This document shows, piece after piece, positions 1 to 3,946 of a stretch of DNA of 10,258 nt (position 1 is the stretch's first letter; each line of letters begins with the position of its first letter). This DNA comes from Abditibacteriaceae bacterium (GTDB lineage Bacteria > Armatimonadota > Abditibacteriia > Abditibacteriales > Abditibacteriaceae). Both the position numbers and the translations under genes were made by a program. Below the pieces are notes generated by a model. That model saw nothing but the letters and a program-made list of their open reading frames with translations, made no database searches and was not told the origin of the DNA. The stretch is taken from assembly GCA_031425655.1 (NCBI GenBank), contig JANPJS010000139.1, positions 1 to 10,258 of the forward strand. The letters run 5' to 3'.

Positions 1-3
1 AAA

Positions 4-89
4 TTAAACGGTAACCCGGCATGAGCGGTAAACCGGAACGCAAATAAATCTCTTCCCGCCTTCCCGCTCTTGCCGTCTTCCCGTTTTAA
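4..89. repeat. Imperfect long inverted repeat with ~8-9 bp periodic arms (REP-like hairpin element) directly upstream of the tyrS RBS
   Basis: Left arm TTAAACGGTAACCCGGCATGAGCGGTAAACCGGAA (4-38) aligns with the reverse complement of 53-89 (TTAAAACGGGAAGACGGCAAGAGCGGGAAGGCGGGAA); CGG recurs at 9, 17, 26, 34; 14-nt AT-rich loop. Confidence 0.75.
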
Positions 90-97
90 AGGAAATT

Positions 98-1369
98 ATG
101 AACACCGTTTTTGAAACCCTGCGCGAACGCGGTTTCATCAAGCAATGCACGGACGAAGACGCTTTGCGCCGCGCGCTTAATGAAAACGCCGCGACCTTTT
201 ACGTCGGCTTCGACCCGACTGCCGACAGCCTGCATTGCGGCTCTTTAGTGCCGATTATGGCGATGGCGCACTTGCAAAAAGCCGGGCACAAGCCGATTGC
301 CATTATCGGCGGCGGCACCACGATGGTCGGCGATCCCAGCGGCAAGACCGAAATGCGCCAGATGCTCGCTTACGAGGAAATCGAAGCCAACGGGCGCGGC
401 ATTTTGGCGCAGTTGCAGCGCTATTTGAATCTCGATGGAGCCGCCCAGGGGGCACCCGGCGGGCTGTTTCTCAACAACGCCGACTGGCTGCTGAAACTCA
501 ATTACATCGAGTTTTTGCGTGACATCGGGCGCCATTTTCGCGTCAACGAAATGATTAAAGCCGAGGCTTATCGCGCGCGTTTGGAGCGCGAAGAAGGCTT
601 GTCGTTCATCGAATTCAACTACCAGCTTTTGCAGGCTTACGATTTCATGCACCTTGCTAAAACGCACGATTGCACCTTGCAGATGGGCGGCGACGACCAG
701 TGGGGCAACATTTTGGCGGGCGTGGATTTGACGCGGCGCACGTTGCAAAAAACCGCGCACGGCCTGACTTTTCCGCTGCTGACGACGGCGCGCGGCGAAA
801 AAATGGGCAAAACCGCTAAAGGCGCGGTCTGGCTGGACGCCAATCGCACTTCGCCTTACGAGTTCTACCAATACTGGATCAACTGCGACGACCGCGATGT
901 CGCCTCTTTTTTGGCGTATTTCACGTTTCTGCCGATGGAAACCGTGCGCGATTTAGGTGCGCGTGAAGGCGCCGATTTGCGCGCCTCGAAAGAAGTTCTC
1001 GCTTACGAAACGACCGCGCTTTGTCACGGCCAAACTGCCGCCGACGAAGCCCGCGCGGCGGCCAAAGCCGCGTTTGGTGGCGGGGCACCCTCTGGGGCGG
1101 ACGACATTTCTTCGGTTCCGACGACCGAAATCGCGCGGTCTCGCTTGGAATTGGGCATTGCCATCACGGAATTAATAGTTGAAACCGGCCTGGCGCCCTC
1201 GAAAGGCGCGGCGCGGCGCTTAATCGAGCAAGGCGGCGCATATCTCAACGACCAAGTTGTCAGCGACGTTTACGCGCTGGCTGGCATCGCGCAATTGCAG
1301 AACGGCGCGCTGATGCTGCGCTCCGGCAAAAAGAAATATCATCGCGTTGTAGCGAGGGATGAGGGATGA
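98..1369 (+). CDS. tyrS: Tyrosine--tRNA ligase (class Ic) with C-terminal S4 domain
   Basis: 423 aa; YVGFDPTADSLHCGS (HIGH-type motif), EFNYQLLQAYDF, QMGGDDQWGNI, KMGKT (KMSKS-type), TSPYEFYQYW, S4-like SKGAARRLIEQGG...GKKKY; AAAGGA RBS at 88-93. Confidence 0.99.
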   Translation: MNTVFETLRERGFIKQCTDEDALRRALNENAATFYVGFDPTADSLHCGSLVPIMAMAHLQKAGHKPIAIIGGGTTMVGDPSGKTEMRQMLAYEEIEANGRGILAQLQRYLNLDGAAQGAPGGLFLNNADWLLKLNYIEFLRDIGRHFRVNEMIKAEAYRARLEREEGLSFIEFNYQLLQAYDFMHLAKTHDCTLQMGGDDQWGNILAGVDLTRRTLQKTAHGLTFPLLTTARGEKMGKTAKGAVWLDANRTSPYEFYQYWINCDDRDVASFLAYFTFLPMETVRDLGAREGADLRASKEVLAYETTALCHGQTAADEARAAAKAAFGGGAPSGADDISSVPTTEIARSRLELGIAITELIVETGLAPSKGAARRLIEQGGAYLNDQVVSDVYALAGIAQLQNGALMLRSGKKKYHRVVARDEG

Positions 1370-1469
1370 AGGCGGAGGGATGAAAAGAAACGACTGGGAA
1401 GATGGAAGCGCGCCGCACGCAAGTGAGGCCGGCGCTTTTTCATCCCTCATCCCTCATCCCTCACCCCTT
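1354..1469. repeat. Heptamer-armed inverted repeat element (GAGGGAT)n...(ATCCCTC)n overlapping the tyrS stop
   Basis: Left arm GAGGGAT GAGGGAT GAAGGCG GAGGGAT GAAAA (1354-1386); right arm TTTTC ATCCCTC ATCCCTC ATCCCTC ACCCCTT (1437-1469); inner hairpin 1406-1437 with GCAA tetraloop. Confidence 0.9.
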
Positions 1470-1940
1470 GATGCGGAGGCATTCGACCGCACGCAGCCCT
1501 CGAAAAAGCGAGTGCGCCGCGCGGTGCGCGTTGAGAAATCGCTTGCGGAATATGTCGAGGAGTTTTTGGCGCAAGCGCGTTTAGAGCGCGGATTATCGCG
1601 GCAGGAAGCGGCGCCTTATGCCAGAGATTTGCGCCAATACGTCGCGTGGCTGCAAGCGCATGGAGTTGGCGCGCCGCGCGAAATCAGCAGCGAGTTAGTG
1701 CGGCAATTTGCGCATGATTTGCGCGCCGGGCAATTGCGTTCGGCGCGCGATGCCAAAATCTACGCTCCGGCGACGATTGCCGCCAAATTGCTGGCCGTGC
1801 GCGCGTGGCATAAGTTTTTGGCGCGTGAATACCGCTTGAGCGACCCGACAGTGTGCGTGGCCGAGCTGCGACAGGCGCCGATGCGCGAAGCGACGGCGCG
1901 TTTGCGCGCCGGCTTCCAAAAAGCGCATCCGCGTGCGTAA
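1359..1940 (+). CDS. Stand-alone XerC/XerD-like N-terminal core-binding (phage integrase SAM-like) domain protein, no catalytic domain; possibly a gene remnant; start uncertain (ATG 1359/1380, GTG 1512/1524)
   Basis: aa ~61-164 (1539-1850) YVEEFLAQARLERGLS..Y.RDL..Y..WL...TIAAKLLAVRAWHKFL.....DPT follows the XerD N-terminal pattern; stop ~30 aa later, with no R-K-H-R-H/W-Y catalytic residues; the first ~37 codons are the translated heptamer repeat element. Confidence 0.7.
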   Translation: MRDEGGGMKRNDWEDGSAPHASEAGAFSSLIPHPSPLDAEAFDRTQPSKKRVRRAVRVEKSLAEYVEEFLAQARLERGLSRQEAAPYARDLRQYVAWLQAHGVGAPREISSELVRQFAHDLRAGQLRSARDAKIYAPATIAAKLLAVRAWHKFLAREYRLSDPTVCVAELRQAPMREATARLRAGFQKAHPRA

Positions 1941-2000
1941 CGATTTCTATGAAAATTCAGGCGCGACTGCATTTTTGGTGTAAAACACGGCGTTTTGGGC

Positions 2001-2006
2001 TATAAT
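2001..2006 (+). promoter_or_regulatory. Putative sigma70-type -10 element for the S1-domain gene
   Basis: Perfect TATAAT in the intergenic region, ~150 bp before ATG 2155; -35 at 17-bp spacing is weak (GTGTAA). Confidence 0.55.
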
Positions 2007-2154
2007 CGTTCGGCGACACGCACAAAATCGCCGAAAATGGCCTTGCGCCCTTTTCGCGGCGCGGATTTTTCGCTAAGCTTGTGCCGAACCAATCGGAGCC
2101 GCCCCGTCCGGTTGAAGCAATTTCAGGGGCATGACTTAGGAGTAAGAAAACTGC

Positions 2155-2703
2155 ATGGCAGTGGAATCGGGACAGATCGCGCGCGGCACCGTGGTGCATT
2201 TAATGCCTTATGGCGCCCTGGTGCGCCTCGAAGACGGCACGACCGGGTTGGTTCACATTTCGGAGATTGATCAGAACTTCGTGCATAATGTGGCCGATCA
2301 CATTCAAAAAGGCGACACGGTTATCGTCAAAGTGCTGGCATCGGGTGAAAAAGGTAAGACTGAGCTTTCGATCAAGCAAGCCAAAGGCGAAGAAGCGCCG
2401 CCTCCGGCCCCGATGGCCGAGGGCGAGACCGAAAACCGCGACACGGATCAACGCGAAGGCCGCGACCAGCGTGAGCGCGATGACAATCGTGAGCGCGACG
2501 AAAACCGCGAGCGGGACGGCAATCGCGACGGCAGTCGCGACGACGAAAACGCCGAGGAGCGGCCCGCTCCGGCTCCGTATCCCCGGCGCGAAGGACGCGC
2601 TCAGTTTGAAGACAAGATGCGCGATTTTCTCACCAACAGTTCGGAGCGATTGGGCGATGTGCGCCGCAACTCGGATAACAAACTCGGTCGCAAACCGCGT
2701 TAG
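2155..2703 (+). CDS. S1 RNA-binding domain protein (YabR/YugI-like) with charged low-complexity linker
   Basis: S1 domain GTVVHLMPYGALVRL..GTTGLVHISEIDQNFV....GD.V.VKVL.....ELSIKQA; C-terminal FEDKMRDFLTNSSERL resembles the YabR-type tail; AGGAG at 2138-2142; terminator follows. Confidence 0.92.
   Translation: MAVESGQIARGTVVHLMPYGALVRLEDGTTGLVHISEIDQNFVHNVADHIQKGDTVIVKVLASGEKGKTELSIKQAKGEEAPPPAPMAEGETENRDTDQREGRDQRERDDNRERDENRERDGNRDGSRDDENAEERPAPAPYPRREGRAQFEDKMRDFLTNSSERLGDVRRNSDNKLGRKPR
2476..2529 (+). repeat. Three degenerate 18-bp coding tandem repeats (RDxNRE)
   Basis: CGCGATGACAATCGTGAG / CGCGACGAAAACCGCGAG / CGGGACGGCAATCGCGAC encoding RDDNRE RDENRE RDGNRD. Confidence 0.8.
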
Positions 2704-2715
2704 TTCGTGAAGTTA

Positions 2716-2752
2716 AAAAGCGCGAAGAGATTTTTTATCTCTTCGCGCTTTT
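2716..2752. terminator. Probable bidirectional intrinsic terminator between the convergent S1 gene and dapF
   Basis: Perfect 16-bp inverted repeat AAAAGCGCGAAGAGAT-TTTTT-ATCTCTTCGCGCTTTT with A run on the left and T run on the right, 12 bp after the TAG at 2701-2703. Confidence 0.9.
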
Positions 2753-2790
2753 GCGCGTCTGCCGGCAATTATTGAAACCCGACTCGCTAC

Positions 2791-3006
2791 TTAACCCAAG
2801 TTGCTACCCATCACATCCGAAGTAATGGAACCGCATTCAACCCCCATCCAACTTCCCCCGGTGGGGGAAGAGCCGGGCTTCTCAAGGAATTTTGCCCGTG
2901 AAAAGCGTAGCTCTTCCCCCACCGGGCGGGCGCCCTTTGGGCAGGGTTGGATGGGGGCATGAGCGACGCAGTCGCTCTTCAAACGATAGGTAGCAACTTG
3001 GGTTAA
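2791..3006. mobile_element. Non-autonomous miniature inverted-repeat element (MITE), 216 bp including TTAA at both ends
   Basis: TTAACCCAAGTTGCTACC (2791-2808) is the exact reverse complement of GGTAGCAACTTGGGTTAA (2989-3006), extending to 21/22 bp; no transposase inside. Confidence 0.85.
2841..2957. repeat. REP-like nested palindromic cassette inside the MITE
   Basis: 12-bp perfect IR CCCCCATCCAAC (2841-2852)/GTTGGATGGGGG (2946-2957); 17-bp perfect IR CCCGGTGGGGGAAGAGC (2857-2873)/GCTCTTCCCCCACCGGG (2910-2926); local hairpin CTTCCCCC-GGT-GGGGGAAG (2852-2870). Confidence 0.85.
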
Positions 3007-3876
3007 TTATCGAGCTAAAGTGCCTTCGCACACGATTTGGGCGGGGCCGGTTAGAAAAATCTCTGCGCCGCGCCGCCATTCGACCGTTAAAACGCCGCCT
3101 TTGCTTTCCACGCGCACTTTTGGTTCGCCGTGCCGCATGATAAAAGCGACAGCCGCCGCGCAAGCGCCGGTGCCGCAGGCCAAAGTTTCGCCGACGCCGC
3201 GCTCCCAAATGCGCAGATTGAGATGGTTTTCTCCAACTATGTTCGCCCACAAAACCGACGTGCGTTGGGGAAACCACGGGTGGTTTTCGATAAGCGGACT
3301 CAAGCGTTGAAAATCGCTTTCGTTCGGATGTTCGCCGAAAATCACAGTATGCGTCGAGCCGGTCGAAAGGCTGTTGACGTGGTGAATGAGACGATCTCCG
3401 AGTGGCAATGTGTAATTAAGCCCGGTCGAACTTGTGAAATTTTCGCATGGTGCGTCGAGCGGAATCAGCGAACGCTCAAACTGCGGCTCGCCCATCGCGG
3501 CGCGCACGGAGCTATTTTCTAAAATGGACACTTGTCGCAAGCTGGCCAGCGTTTGCACCGTGAAATCTCGCGGAGCATAGCCGCGCCGATGCGCCAAAGC
3601 CGCGATGCAGCGCAGGCCGTTGCCGCACATATCTTCGCTGCCGTCGGGATTCCACATCCGCATTCGCACCGTCGCTCCGGCGTGCTTTGCTGCATCGTCG
3701 GGCACGTCCAGCAGCAAAAGTCCATCGCCGCCGATGCTCCAACGGCGCCGGCACAATTCGCTCGCTGCCAGAGCGAAGTCGAAATCCGGCGCGAATGGTT
3801 GGCTAAGTGCGTCCAGCACCACGAAATCGTTGCCGACACCCTGCATTTTCACGAAAGCTAAAGCGGCTGATGACAT
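3007..3876 (-). CDS. dapF: Diaminopimelate epimerase (DapF family)
   Basis: 289 aa; FVKMQGVGNDFVV, IGGDGLL, NPDGSEDMCGNGLRC and WERGVGETLACGTGACAA contain both catalytic cysteines of the PLP-independent epimerase family. Confidence 0.93.
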   Translation of the reverse strand: MSSAALAFVKMQGVGNDFVVLDALSQPFAPDFDFALAASELCRRRWSIGGDGLLLLDVPDDAAKHAGATVRMRMWNPDGSEDMCGNGLRCIAALAHRRGYAPRDFTVQTLASLRQVSILENSSVRAAMGEPQFERSLIPLDAPCENFTSSTGLNYTLPLGDRLIHHVNSLSTGSTHTVIFGEHPNESDFQRLSPLIENHPWFPQRTSVLWANIVGENHLNLRIWERGVGETLACGTGACAAAVAFIMRHGEPKVRVESKGGVLTVEWRRGAEIFLTGPAQIVCEGTLAR

Positions 3877-3883
3877 TGTCTTA

Positions 3884-3911
3884 ACTGTATAAACAAAGCG
3901 GCGACGAGCAA
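3884..3911 (-). promoter_or_regulatory. Putative dapF promoter, likely giving a leaderless mRNA
   Basis: Minus strand TTGCTC (3911-3906) - 16 bp - TACAGT (3889-3884) - 7 bp - ATG (3876); no Shine-Dalgarno sequence. Confidence 0.45.
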
Positions 3912-3936
3912 ATTTTGCTCGCCGCCGCTTTTGTTT
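3891..3936 (-). terminator. Intrinsic terminator of the 851-aa gene
   Basis: Minus strand AAAGCGGCGGCGAGCAAA-A-TTTGCTCGTCGCCGCTTTGTTT; the single non-Watson-Crick position is a G:U pair on the minus-strand RNA (A:C on plus); begins ~10 bp after the stop at 3947. Confidence 0.88.
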
Positions 3937-3946
3937 TCGGAAGTCT

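Noticed and set aside
1..97. T-box riboswitch upstream of tyrS
   Set aside because: No T-box consensus (GGTGGNACCGCG) or terminator/antiterminator in the visible 97 bp; sequence further upstream is not available.
1354..1469. CRISPR array or tRNA/ncRNA gene in the repeat regions
   Set aside because: Repeats are short tandem units in inverted arrangement with no repeat-spacer periodicity; no cloverleaf or cas genes.
1901..2005. Frameshifted continuation of the Xer ORF (alternative frame reads FARRLPKSAS, like the XerD RLPK linker)
   Set aside because: It lies about 10 codons too far from the DP motif and is followed by no RD.A..E..Y.TG.R motif before a stop at 2003-2005; probably coincidence, though a decayed remnant cannot be excluded.
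2791..2982. 63-aa ORF inside the MITE as a transposase or real gene
   Set aside because: Too short, no recognisable motifs, made of palindromic repeat sequence with the stop supplied by the terminal repeat.
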